Shown here: piece after piece, positions 18,814 to 26,987 of the stretch
How the letters are laid out: each line of letters starts with the position of its first letter
How positions within the stretch are numbered: position 1 is the first letter of the stretch
Source: a virus
Length of the DNA: 64,000 bases
Virus record (IMG/VR): IMGVR_UViG_3300045988_175656
Reading direction: 5' to 3' (one strand)
Notes under the pieces: generated by a model
Database searches by the model: none
Told to the model about the DNA's origin: nothing
What the model saw: only the letters and a program-made list of their open reading frames with translations
Translations under genes and position numbers: made by a program

Positions 18814-19340
18814 GCTTTTTGATTTTTAGAAGTAATAGGAAGAAGTCTCATATTCCCCAACATACGACTCATATCTTCTTCCCAAATTTCAATTACAATA
18901 TGTTTATCTGTGAAAATTTTTCTATTTTCATCAAGTTGGAAAATCATTTTCACTTTGTAATTACTTGGATTATCAATTAAAGTAATTTCTTTACAAGAAA
19001 TAAAGTATTTTCTATCTTCAAGTGATACAAATATAGCCCTTTTTTCAATATCAGATAACAAAAAAGTAAAAGTCTGATTTTTAAAAGAAAATTCAATATA
19101 TGGCTCTACATCTAAATAAGTTTCAAACAATGAAACCAATTGATTCTTAGTGAAGTTCATTTTTAAGCGAGAAACCATTACTTCTCTACAAAATTCTCTA
19201 TTTTGTTGATAAAACTTATTCAGAAAAATACGCATTTCATCCCTAAGTTCATTTGAAAATGTTGTTAAATAAACATATTCCAATAAAGTTAAAGGAATTT
19301 CACCAAAATTTACCCGTTTTAAACATATATCATCCATCAT
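18810..19340 (-). CDS. hypothetical protein
   Basis: ORF track; 4-nt overlap with the downstream gene. Confidence 0.7.
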   Translation of the reverse strand: MMDDICLKRVNFGEIPLTLLEYVYLTTFSNELRDEMRIFLNKFYQQNREFCREVMVSRLKMNFTKNQLVSLFETYLDVEPYIEFSFKNQTFTFLLSDIEKRAIFVSLEDRKYFISCKEITLIDNPSNYKVKMIFQLDENRKIFTDKHIVIEIWEEDMSRMLGNMRLLPITSKNQKA

Positions 19341-19716
19341 TTTCCTTTTTTAATTCATTAAGATACAAAGTTAACAACTCTATTCTAAGCTCTCTTGTTG
19401 AAGTATCATAACTACTAAACCAAGCATCCCCATTAAATTGGAAATTATCTTCATAAAAAATGCTAAAGTTACTATATTCATCTATATGTTTAGGAACATA
19501 ACTGTTAGCAATATCTAACAAATCACTAAAATACTCTTTTAAAATATTATAAGAACTTGAATGATTAGAATCAATTTCAATTTTTTTTAATTTTTCAATT
19601 CCTTTAAACAAACCATAACAAATATAATTTGTTTCAAAAGTCATTAAAAAACCTCTTGCTAATTCGACTACTTTAATTACTTCGTCTTTATTTAATGTAA
19701 TGATTTTTCCTGCCAT
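19330..19716 (-). CDS. hypothetical protein
   Basis: ORF track. Confidence 0.7.
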   Translation of the reverse strand: MAGKIITLNKDEVIKVVELARGFLMTFETNYICYGLFKGIEKLKKIEIDSNHSSSYNILKEYFSDLLDIANSYVPKHIDEYSNFSIFYEDNFQFNGDAWFSSYDTSTRELRIELLTLYLNELKKENDG

Positions 19717-19737
19717 ACTTATTTGTATTATTTAACA

Positions 19738-19986
19738 TTACTCATTTGAGTACATCTTTTTAGCTTCACTTAATCCTGCAATCAAGCCATCCAAATATAT
19801 GTTCATTTCTTTGGCAGTCATATCATAATAACCACTTGAACCCAATACTCTATGAAAACAAGAAGTCCATTCTTCAAGCAAAGCATATTTGCCACCACTA
19901 TATTTAACTACAAGGTCTTGATTACCTGTTAAAAGTTTTAATGATTCAACTTTTTCATCTATAATTTTTCTTGCTCGACTTGCCAT
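19738..19986 (-). CDS. hypothetical protein
   Basis: ORF track. The C-terminal codons MYSNE* are encoded by hairpin motif copy i. Confidence 0.65.
   Translation of the reverse strand: MASRARKIIDEKVESLKLLTGNQDLVVKYSGGKYALLEEWTSCFHRVLGSSGYYDMTAKEMNIYLDGLIAGLSEAKKMYSNE
19739..19754 (-). promoter_or_regulatory. GTACTCAWWTGAGTA(C) hairpin/palindrome, copy i
   Basis: Minus sense reads TGTACTCAAATGAGTAA. It spans the stop codon of 19738..19986, 22 nt before the next ATG. Confidence 0.55.
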
Positions 19987-20010
19987 AATTTTATCTCCTT
20001 TCTTATTATA

Positions 20011-20142
20011 TTATTCTTTCCATAATTTACCACAACAATCACACTTATATACCGTTATAGGCACTCCCCAAACATAAGTCGTTCCATATTTGTACAATTT
20101 CCCATTACAACAATGTGGGCAATCCATTTTAAAAAATCTCAT
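20011..20142 (-). CDS. 43-aa Zn-ribbon micro-protein
   Basis: Unlisted ORF MRFFKMDCPHCCNGKLYKYGTTYVWGVPITVYKCDCCGKLWKE. Its ATG overlaps the TGA of 20139..20363 (ATGA). It has two CxxC pairs. Confidence 0.45.
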   Translation of the reverse strand: MRFFKMDCPHCCNGKLYKYGTTYVWGVPITVYKCDCCGKLWKE

Positions 20143-20363
20143 ACTTTCAATATTTTTCTGTATTTAACTTTTGGGCATTGGTTTTCCCACTGAAAATAAA
20201 CTTTACCTACCAATGTTTCATGTTCCCACAATGTTTGCCTATACGAACGGGTAAAGTAATAAGTATTATCAGATGTATCAAGTATGATTAATTGGTCGTA
20301 ACCGTCTCTCATTGCTGTTTTCTTAGCATTTTTAATACATTCTTTATAATCGTTTGTTTCCAT
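20139..20363 (-). CDS. hypothetical protein
   Basis: ORF track. Confidence 0.65.
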   Translation of the reverse strand: METNDYKECIKNAKKTAMRDGYDQLIILDTSDNTYYFTRSYRQTLWEHETLVGKVYFQWENQCPKVKYRKILKV

Positions 20364-20451
20364 ATAACTTTATTTTTATTTGTTTTTTAACTAATACAAA
20401 GATAATACATAATTGGGGTATTACCAAATGTTTTTAGTTAAAGAATATTAT

Positions 20452-20697
20452 TTAATTATTTCTAAAAGTTTTACAAAAACCAATTTCTCCATTACTTTTA
20501 CGAATGATTTTAGTTAAAGTAATTGTTTCACCCTTATTAATACCCGAAATATAAACTTCTTCAAGTTCTTCATCAGTTAAAGGTTTTTCATCTTCTTTTT
20601 CCAAATCTTTGATATATTCCTTTGCTGTTATTTTTGCATCTTTAAGAGTTGATTCAGTTTCCATCATACCCTCAATTCTATAATATTCTACTCTCAT
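20452..20697 (-). CDS. hypothetical protein
   Basis: ORF track. Confidence 0.65.
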   Translation of the reverse strand: MRVEYYRIEGMMETESTLKDAKITAKEYIKDLEKEDEKPLTDEELEEVYISGINKGETITLTKIIRKSNGEIGFCKTFRNN

Positions 20698-20701
20698 ATT
20701 A

Positions 20702-21037
20702 TTAGTTTTTTGTTTTTTTATTTGGAACTTCTACTATGTTATAAATTTTTGAACTGTAATTTTTACGAATAGTTGTTTTATCAAAAGACCATAACGCAAC
20801 TATTCCAATATAATCACTTTCAACAAAGTATCGTTTCATTACTTGTCTGAAATCCATTACAACACCCATTAACATAACACAGCCAAGTGGTGTACAAATC
20901 CCTATATTAACTTGTTTGTAAAGAAACACCTTTTCATCATAACTAAGATGTTCACCATTATTAATTTTTACAGAAAGGTTATATAATTTACTACCCTTAA
21001 TTAAATCTGTATTGCCATGAAAAATAACTTGTGCCAT
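20702..21037 (-). CDS. hypothetical protein
   Basis: ORF track. Confidence 0.65.
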   Translation of the reverse strand: MAQVIFHGNTDLIKGSKLYNLSVKINNGEHLSYDEKVFLYKQVNIGICTPLGCVMLMGVVMDFRQVMKRYFVESDYIGIVALWSFDKTTIRKNYSSKIYNIVEVPNKKTKN

Positions 21038-21142
21038 AATGTTTTTACTATTAGTTATCTTATTTTATTACACAACAAAGATATGAAATAAGTTCATACT
21101 TTGCAAATTATTTGAGTTAATTAATCTTAATTGGATTTTAAT

Positions 21143-21397
21143 TCATTCTTTAAGTTTATTACACAATTCTTCAAAACTACCCTCAAAAATTATGTTTCCT
21201 TCTTTATCAATGACTTCAAGCATTTCAGTAGTAGAAATATTATCTTCAAAGAAAGTTCTCAAAGCATTAAGACTAAAAATGCTAATGCGTGCAATATCAT
21301 TTTCTTCTCCATAAGGAAAAACAGATACGCCACCTGCATTACAGAATGTTGGTGAGGTATGACGAATACCATATTTTTTAATTTGTATAGTTTTCAT
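21143..21397 (-). CDS. hypothetical protein
   Basis: The minus ORF has protein-like composition. The overlapping 21131..21355(+) ORF is low-complexity. Confidence 0.6.
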   Translation of the reverse strand: MKTIQIKKYGIRHTSPTFCNAGGVSVFPYGEENDIARISIFSLNALRTFFEDNISTTEMLEVIDKEGNIIFEGSFEELCNKLKE

Positions 21398-21479
21398 ATT
21401 ATTTATACTAATTCTAAATTAACTAATTATGTTTAAAAACAGCTTAAAATATTTGCAAATTAAATAAAAAACAGTATTA

Positions 21480-21554
21480 ATATAATGGTCCTTATAATAG
21501 TTAATATTATATAATATTAATATAAATTATATAATATATTAAGGACCATTATAT
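21480..21554. repeat. 15-bp inverted repeat enclosing a 20-nt perfect AT palindrome
   Basis: Arms are ATATAATGGTCCTTA (21480-21494) and TAAGGACCATTATAT (21540-21554). The 45-nt A/T-only spacer contains TTAATATTATATAATATTAA (21501-21520). Confidence 0.8.
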
Positions 21555-21580
21555 ATACTTTTTTCTGAATTATACAAATT

Positions 21581-21946
21581 TTAGATGTTAAAAATATAAA
21601 ATCTCAAACCGTTCATATCAATAATGTAATCAGCATCATCTTCTGTTAAATCATCACATTCATCCAATTCATCTTGATACATTGAACTAACATTAACTGT
21701 TATACCCAAATATTCAAAACTAATTTCATATTCTCCAACAACTGAAAAACTTTCCAATATTTCAGATAAATGTTTTTCATTGTTCATTGGATTACTCAAC
21801 ATAAATGCAGCAATAGTAAGTACAGACCGTTCATCCAAAAGGTTATCATCATCTGTCAGTTCTCCATTGAAATAATTGATTATATCATTTTCAATCTTTT
21901 CATACAGTTTTGTACTAATGAATATTTCTTTACAATTTTTTTTCAT
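21581..21946 (-). CDS. hypothetical acidic protein
   Basis: Start trimmed to MKKNCKEIF (ATG 21946), which follows AAGAAAGGAGAAAATGAA. The track N-terminus MYSNE... is encoded by hairpin motif copy b. Confidence 0.65.
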   Translation of the reverse strand: MKKNCKEIFISTKLYEKIENDIINYFNGELTDDDNLLDERSVLTIAAFMLSNPMNNEKHLSEILESFSVVGEYEISFEYLGITVNVSSMYQDELDECDDLTEDDADYIIDMNGLRFYIFNI

Positions 21947-21964
21947 TTCATTTTCTCCTTTCTT

Positions 21965-21980
21965 GTACTCATTTGAGTAC
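21965..21980 (-). promoter_or_regulatory. GTACTCAWWTGAGTAC hairpin/palindrome, copy b
   Basis: Minus sense reads GTACTCAAATGAGTAC, 18 nt upstream of the ATG at 21946. Confidence 0.6.
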
Positions 21981-21992
21981 ATTTATAATGTT

Positions 21993-22391
21993 TTAAAAAT
22001 ATTTAGTTTTGTGTCTTAATTCTTCAATGTAAGAATCAATTTCTTCTTCAATGATAATTACTGCACGTTTTTCAGCCACAAGTTTTAACTGATACCTGTT
22101 TTGAACAATGTAAGAACTTGCATCACAGTAAGGATAATCTTTCAATTCGTTTCTGTCATCAGTTAAATCAAAAACTACATACGCATTTATAAACAGTACA
22201 AAATTATTTTCCAAAATATCAGCAAATATTTCGTTTTTAAAAGCTATGGAATAAACAAGACCAAAGTCTTTTACCTTTTCATTAAATTCTTTTCTTGTTT
22301 TGAAACGCATAACTTTTGCGAAATCACCATAAATAAACTTTTGTAAATTAATAGCCAAAGCTACTTTTTCTTCAAGTTCCAACATAAGCAT
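21993..22391 (-). CDS. hypothetical protein
   Basis: ORF track. Confidence 0.65.
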   Translation of the reverse strand: MLMLELEEKVALAINLQKFIYGDFAKVMRFKTRKEFNEKVKDFGLVYSIAFKNEIFADILENNFVLFINAYVVFDLTDDRNELKDYPYCDASSYIVQNRYQLKLVAEKRAVIIIEEEIDSYIEELRHKTKYF

Positions 22392-22696
22392 TCTTCAATT
22401 ATTATTATTGTTTGATATTTTAATACTTCTTTAACATGTTTATCATCTGTCAATACACAACAACAATCACCTACTTTCGTTTTCTTAAATTCAACCAATC
22501 CCATTTGAACAAGTTTAGTTGCAACATCACCATCCACACAACAAACCAATTCTAAATTTGAGTTTAACACATCATTAATATCTTTATTCGCTTCTTCATA
22601 TTCAGATTGTGTGCGATAGTATAGAATGTGATTATAACCCGTTTTAAGCCCCTCTCTAAGACTTTTATAGACTTTTAATACAATTGCTCGTTTCAT
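22361..22696 (-). CDS. hypothetical protein
   Basis: ORF track. Confidence 0.65.
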   Translation of the reverse strand: MKRAIVLKVYKSLREGLKTGYNHILYYRTQSEYEEANKDINDVLNSNLELVCCVDGDVATKLVQMGLVEFKKTKVGDCCCVLTDDKHVKEVLKYQTIIIIEECLCWNLKKK

Positions 22697-22944
22697 TACT
22701 TAAATGCGTTTAAAAGGTCTGAAATTGATTTGTTTGCCACAATAACATTAGCACCCTCTTTCAAGAAGAAAGTTAATGAACCGTCTTTTTGTTGTTCAAA
22801 CATTAATGTAGTACAGTTATTGTGTGCATCCACAAAACTTTGTCCCTCTTTTGGTTCAATTAACTTAATAAATACACCTGTTGAACCTTGTACTAATTTC
22901 GGAGAACCTTTTTTAGATAAAACTGTTACATCTATTTGTCCCAT
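22696..22944 (-). CDS. hypothetical protein
   Basis: ORF track; 22730..22996(+) is an antisense shadow. Confidence 0.65.
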   Translation of the reverse strand: MGQIDVTVLSKKGSPKLVQGSTGVFIKLIEPKEGQSFVDAHNNCTTLMFEQQKDGSLTFFLKEGANVIVANKSISDLLNAFK

Positions 22945-22997
22945 AATCTTTTGTTTTTTAATTTTTCGATATGCAAAGATAAAAATATTTTTTTAAA

Positions 22998-23612
22998 TTA
23001 GGAAATAATTTGAGTTAAAAAATCTTTAATTCTATCATTTCCATTATTAGAAGATGAAACAATAGGAGAAATGACCGCATTATGGGCTGAATAATATTCT
23101 TTTAGTTTATACCAAACTACAAATGCTTCACATAGAGAATATTGTTTACACTCATAAAAACTTCTCCACACCCTATTAGAAGTCATTTTTACAGTATAAC
23201 CCTTATTATCATCCCATACAGCAAATTTGTATGGTAAAGAAGATAAACTTTTCAATCTATAATAAAGTTCTTTAAACTTTTTCAGATACTTTTCAAAAAG
23301 TTCTTTTTGTTCTTTGGTTGCTTCATCTTCCAAATGATAACCTAACCATATTTGTGTAGTATCATCACCATTTCTCTTTATCATTCCAAAAAATATAGTC
23401 ATTAGAGCTTTCCAAAAGTACTTATTAGCACTGTCATTCGGTTGCCAATCTTCACCTAAAAGATTATAAAAGAATTGTTCCCATGTTCGTGTGCCCTCAT
23501 ATTTCACATAATTAAGCGGAATAATATTATTAGACGCAACTGTCATTTTGATATGTACATTTCCGTCTTTATCTTCTTTGATAATCATTGTTTTAATTTT
23601 TTGGTAACTCAT
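22998..23612 (-). CDS. hypothetical protein
   Basis: ORF track, 204 aa. Confidence 0.7.
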   Translation of the reverse strand: MSYQKIKTMIIKEDKDGNVHIKMTVASNNIIPLNYVKYEGTRTWEQFFYNLLGEDWQPNDSANKYFWKALMTIFFGMIKRNGDDTTQIWLGYHLEDEATKEQKELFEKYLKKFKELYYRLKSLSSLPYKFAVWDDNKGYTVKMTSNRVWRSFYECKQYSLCEAFVVWYKLKEYYSAHNAVISPIVSSSNNGNDRIKDFLTQIIS

Positions 23613-23690
23613 AACTATTATTTTTTTTAATTATTATACTACAAAGATATGAAATGTTCTGCAATATAACAAATTATTTGTGTTAAAGAA

Positions 23691-24188
23691 TTATAATTTA
23701 CAAATATTTGTTGTTATAGTATCTATATGTTCATCTCCATCCATTTCAAAAATACTTACATTTACTTCTCCCTCTATTACAATCTTGTTGTTAATATATG
23801 GAGCATAAACTTCAATATCATAACATTCTCCATTAGAAAGAGTGATTGTAGTCCAATATGCCCAATTTTCACTATACCCATTATATTGTTCAATTTCTTC
23901 ATCATTAATTGGAATTTCAATATTTTCACCTTTGAAATTAAACGAAACATAGTTAAGAGTTTTAACATGATTATCGAAATAACCCAAAGCAATAAGTTCA
24001 GTGGTAGAATAGATATTAGTAAATGCTTCTTGAATATAACATCTACATGATTGATTATGCGCTTCTCCCCACCTTTCCAATATTTTCTTATGGCGATAAT
24101 CACAATTAAATTCGTTACAATATAACAAAATTAATGTTTCTGTGGAGATATTACTCCATGCAATTACTTGACACTTTTCTTTATTCAT
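23691..24188 (-). CDS. hypothetical protein
   Basis: ORF track, 165 aa; two overlapping alternative-frame ORFs were rejected. Confidence 0.7.
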   Translation of the reverse strand: MNKEKCQVIAWSNISTETLILLYCNEFNCDYRHKKILERWGEAHNQSCRCYIQEAFTNIYSTTELIALGYFDNHVKTLNYVSFNFKGENIEIPINDEEIEQYNGYSENWAYWTTITLSNGECYDIEVYAPYINNKIVIEGEVNVSIFEMDGDEHIDTITTNICKL

Positions 24189-24306
24189 AATATTTCTTTT
24201 TATATGTTTAAACTAAAAATCCTTATCTCTATCAACATGACAAAGATAAGGACTTAATTTGTAACTACCAAATGTTTTGTGCTAAAGAATATTAATTAAT
24301 TTATTT

Positions 24307-24459
24307 TTAAAAACCTAACATCAATTGATATAATTTCGGACATTTCTGTTTCAATTCTTCAATTTCCTTTTTAGTATAAATTGGAAAATTATGTAAAGTA
24401 ACATTAAATTTCACACCTTGCGAATTGGTTTCAGTGAACTTAACAGTTTTTAATTCCAT
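24307..24459 (-). CDS. possible 50-aa micro-protein
   Basis: Unlisted ORF MELKTVKFTETNSQGVKFNVTLHNFPIYTKKEIEELKQKCPKLYQLMLGF, filling the gap directly after 24464..24799. Confidence 0.45.
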   Translation of the reverse strand: MELKTVKFTETNSQGVKFNVTLHNFPIYTKKEIEELKQKCPKLYQLMLGF

Positions 24460-24463
24460 AATA

Positions 24464-24799
24464 TTATAATGTTAAAGTTTGATAAACAGCTTCGTAAATA
24501 TCAATAGCAATACTATTTTGTACTTCATAATAATATTCCCATTCATCAATTTCGGAATCTGAACAATCACATTTGAACATGATATATTTTTCACCATTTG
24601 AAAGTTCACCAACTTTAACAATAGTCACCATATCTTCACTCAAACCATATCCATTATCATGGTGAGCATAAGCAATATCACATTTGTCTGATAATATTAC
24701 CTCTGTTAAACCACTTTCTAAAATTAAACGAACTGTTTCTTTTTCTGCATCCTTATACAGTTTAGATGCTTTTTCGCTAAAATTTATATAATTTTCCAT
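24464..24799 (-). CDS. hypothetical protein
   Basis: ORF track. Confidence 0.65.
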   Translation of the reverse strand: MENYINFSEKASKLYKDAEKETVRLILESGLTEVILSDKCDIAYAHHDNGYGLSEDMVTIVKVGELSNGEKYIMFKCDCSDSEIDEWEYYYEVQNSIAIDIYEAVYQTLTL

Positions 24800-24802
24800 A
24801 AT

Positions 24803-25189
24803 TTAATTAATTTCTGTTAATGGTAATACTTCTTTATCAGCTTCCACTATTTCAAACATATTTTTTGATAATTGGGAAAGTAAACTTAAACAAACATAGA
24901 TTATTGCAGTATCTTGGCTACAATTATACCATAATTGACGTTTGCTTACTTCCTCAAACATATAAACAATTGATAAACAGTTAATTTCTTTCTTAATCAC
25001 TTCTTGGTGACTTGAAATATAATTTAACATATAGGTTGCAACTTCATGTTCATTTGAAAGTGTTATCAGCCCATCAGCAGCAAGAGTTTTAACAAGGTCT
25101 TTCCACTGTTCTTTATTTTTTACATACCACCCCTTAGAATAAAGAATGGTATGTGATAATTTTAACTTTTCCATAATGACTTTTAACAT
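24803..25189 (-). CDS. hypothetical protein
   Basis: ORF track; an alternative start MEKLKL lies 15 nt downstream. Confidence 0.65.
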   Translation of the reverse strand: MLKVIMEKLKLSHTILYSKGWYVKNKEQWKDLVKTLAADGLITLSNEHEVATYMLNYISSHQEVIKKEINCLSIVYMFEEVSKRQLWYNCSQDTAIIYVCLSLLSQLSKNMFEIVEADKEVLPLTEIN

Positions 25190-25422
25190 CCCCTGTATGA
25201 ATAACTGTCAATGTAACATGGTCGCTTAATGTCCCCTTCAAACACTTTTACAATTTCAACATTGCGCATATTAACATTGTAAAATTCGATAAAGTCGTTT
25301 ACATCTTTGGAAGTCATAAAAACATTATTATCTTCTAATACAAGAGCCAATCTTCCATTTTTGTAACACTTTAACGGTTTTCCGTTTTCTTTAAGCTGAT
25401 AGCCTATTACTTTCTTTCTCAT
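25183..25422 (-). CDS. hypothetical protein
   Basis: ORF track. Confidence 0.65.
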   Translation of the reverse strand: MRKKVIGYQLKENGKPLKCYKNGRLALVLEDNNVFMTSKDVNDFIEFYNVNMRNVEIVKVFEGDIKRPCYIDSYSYRGC

Positions 25423-25489
25423 AACTAATTTGTTTTATTATTATAATACAAAGATAATCATTTTAATGATATTAGCCAAGTATTTTATG

Positions 25490-25702
25490 TTAATCTATAT
25501 TAATAGCATATAACCAATTATTTTCAGTATCAATACTATCACTATTCAAATCATCTGTAAACTCTTTTACATTGGCATAATCATAGATAAACGCATTTTC
25601 TGAATCAGATAAAGCATATTCATTTAATTGCACATCAGTTAGTGCATCAAGTTCAGTTTTATTATAAACAGAGTTATCAAATGTTAAAATTCTTACTTTC
25701 AT
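25490..25702 (-). CDS. hypothetical acidic protein
   Basis: ORF track; AATAAGGAGATTAAAAC-ATG leader. Confidence 0.6.
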   Translation of the reverse strand: MKVRILTFDNSVYNKTELDALTDVQLNEYALSDSENAFIYDYANVKEFTDDLNSDSIDTENNWLYAINID

Positions 25703-25721
25703 GTTTTAATCTCCTTATTAT

Positions 25722-26015
25722 TTAATTACTAATTAATCTTTTAAGTGAAAATCTTCTATCAAACAGATAATGTACACCATAGTTTTTATAAGTTGTTGAT
25801 ATTTTATACCAATACCAACCAAAACACATATCCATAAATTCATTTGGTCTTTCATGTGCCATATTCATGTATGATTGGTAATTTAATGCAGTTACATTAT
25901 TAGAAACATATTTTGTGACAATATCCCTTGTTTCAATGTTATATTGGCAATGCGCTTCAACTAATGCAGTCTCTATCAATATTCTTTTCTTCTTTGCTAA
26001 TGTTAACTTATCCAT
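25722..26015 (-). CDS. hypothetical protein
   Basis: ORF track. Confidence 0.65.
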   Translation of the reverse strand: MDKLTLAKKKRILIETALVEAHCQYNIETRDIVTKYVSNNVTALNYQSYMNMAHERPNEFMDMCFGWYWYKISTTYKNYGVHYLFDRRFSLKRLISN

Positions 26016-26104
26016 TTGTTTATCTCTTTAATTTTGATATGGCAAAGATAATACTTTATACCCAATTAACCAAATATATTGTGTTAATAAAATATAAATT
26101 ACTC

Positions 26105-26509
26105 TTACCATGAATAAGTTGAACAAGGTGCATTAATATCATGTTTAATTTCTATAATATCAATTACAACTTTCTTATCAAACATTAAAGAAATTTCTTT
26201 TGTTAATTTGTCAATATCACTACCACCTCTTCCAATTAAAATCCCTGGTCTTTTTGTAAAGATTTTTATATCAATAATATCTTTTTGCGTATCAACATTT
26301 ATACCATGTATTTGTAATATGTTGGCTGTATTATATACTTTCTCAATGCAAAGATACACAGTTTTTAATGGGCTATATATAGCAAGTGTTTTGCTTTTAC
26401 TTCCATCCATGAAATACTCGTTTTCAATCTTAAATGACAAAGTATTCATTTCATTTTTAATGAATAATTGTTTAATCTTTTTTTCAATGAATTTTTTAAA
26501 ATCTTTCAT
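26105..26509 (-). CDS. KH-domain RNA-binding protein (ribosomal protein uS3 KH-like)
   Basis: IDIKIFTKRPGILIGRGGSDIDKLTKEISLMFDKKVVIDIIEIK carries the GxxG core (IGRGG). It resembles the type-II KH segment of uS3 (rPGivIGkgG..i..L). Start trimmed to MKDFKKF (ATG 26509), because the track extension overlaps micro-ORF 26526..26675. Confidence 0.55.
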   Translation of the reverse strand: MKDFKKFIEKKIKQLFIKNEMNTLSFKIENEYFMDGSKSKTLAIYSPLKTVYLCIEKVYNTANILQIHGINVDTQKDIIDIKIFTKRPGILIGRGGSDIDKLTKEISLMFDKKVVIDIIEIKHDINAPCSTYSW

Positions 26510-26525
26510 AGTGAAATATTTTTTG

Positions 26526-26675
26526 TTAATTAAATATAAAATCATACGCTTTCTGTACACTGTCAAAACTAATATGTAAACAGTCATTTCCGATTGAAAT
26601 GCCTAAATCTGACTTGTGTATAGATATATTATAACCTTGTTGCATGATAGCAACTATCATAGTAAAATCATCCAT
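26526..26675 (-). CDS. 49-aa micro-protein (tandem paralog 2)
   Basis: Unlisted ORF MDDFTMIVAIMQQGYNISIHKSDLGISIGNDCLHISFDSVQKAYDFIFN. It shares the (F)D(S/N)V(Q/E)KAY(D/K)F tail with 26677..26835. Confidence 0.4.
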   Translation of the reverse strand: MDDFTMIVAIMQQGYNISIHKSDLGISIGNDCLHISFDSVQKAYDFIFN

Positions 26676-26676
26676 A

Positions 26677-26835
26677 TTATTCAATGTATAGAATTAAAAA
26701 TTTATATGCTTTCTCCACATTATCAAATGTAAGTAAGAAAAGTTCATCACAAACTGTTATTCCATTATCATAAGAATGGTGAAGTACAATAAAACCTCTC
26801 CCCTTAATAATTTGTATCATTTCATGTTCTTTCAT
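26677..26835 (-). CDS. 52-aa micro-protein (tandem paralog 1)
   Basis: Unlisted ORF MKEHEMIQIIKGRGFIVLHHSYDNGITVCDELFLLTFDNVEKAYKFLILYIE, preceded by GAAAGGAGATAAGTT-ATG. Its stop is 1 nt from the next ATG. Confidence 0.45.
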   Translation of the reverse strand: MKEHEMIQIIKGRGFIVLHHSYDNGITVCDELFLLTFDNVEKAYKFLILYIE

Positions 26836-26931
26836 AACTTATCTCCTTTCTTATTTAATATATGCAAAGATAAGAAGAATTTATTTCCTATACAAGTATT
26901 TTGCGTTAATAATAGTTAATAGAATATTAAA

Positions 26932-26967
26932 TAAAAAATGCTGACTATTTTCACAAACAATCAGCAT
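26932..26967 (-). terminator. intrinsic terminator after 26988..27386
   Basis: Minus sense reads ATGCTGA-N16-TCAGCAT, followed by TTTTT. Confidence 0.55.
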
Positions 26968-26987
26968 AGGAAATAAAAAGTATGTTC

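Noticed and set aside
21947-21982. The N-terminal extension MYSNEYKKGENE of 21581..21982, and MYSNE-type ends in other ORFs.
   Set aside because: The peptide is a by-product of the conserved GTACTCAAATGAGTAC motif, which contains ATG TAC TCA AAT GAG. A strong AAGAAAGGAG leader precedes the internal ATG at 21946.
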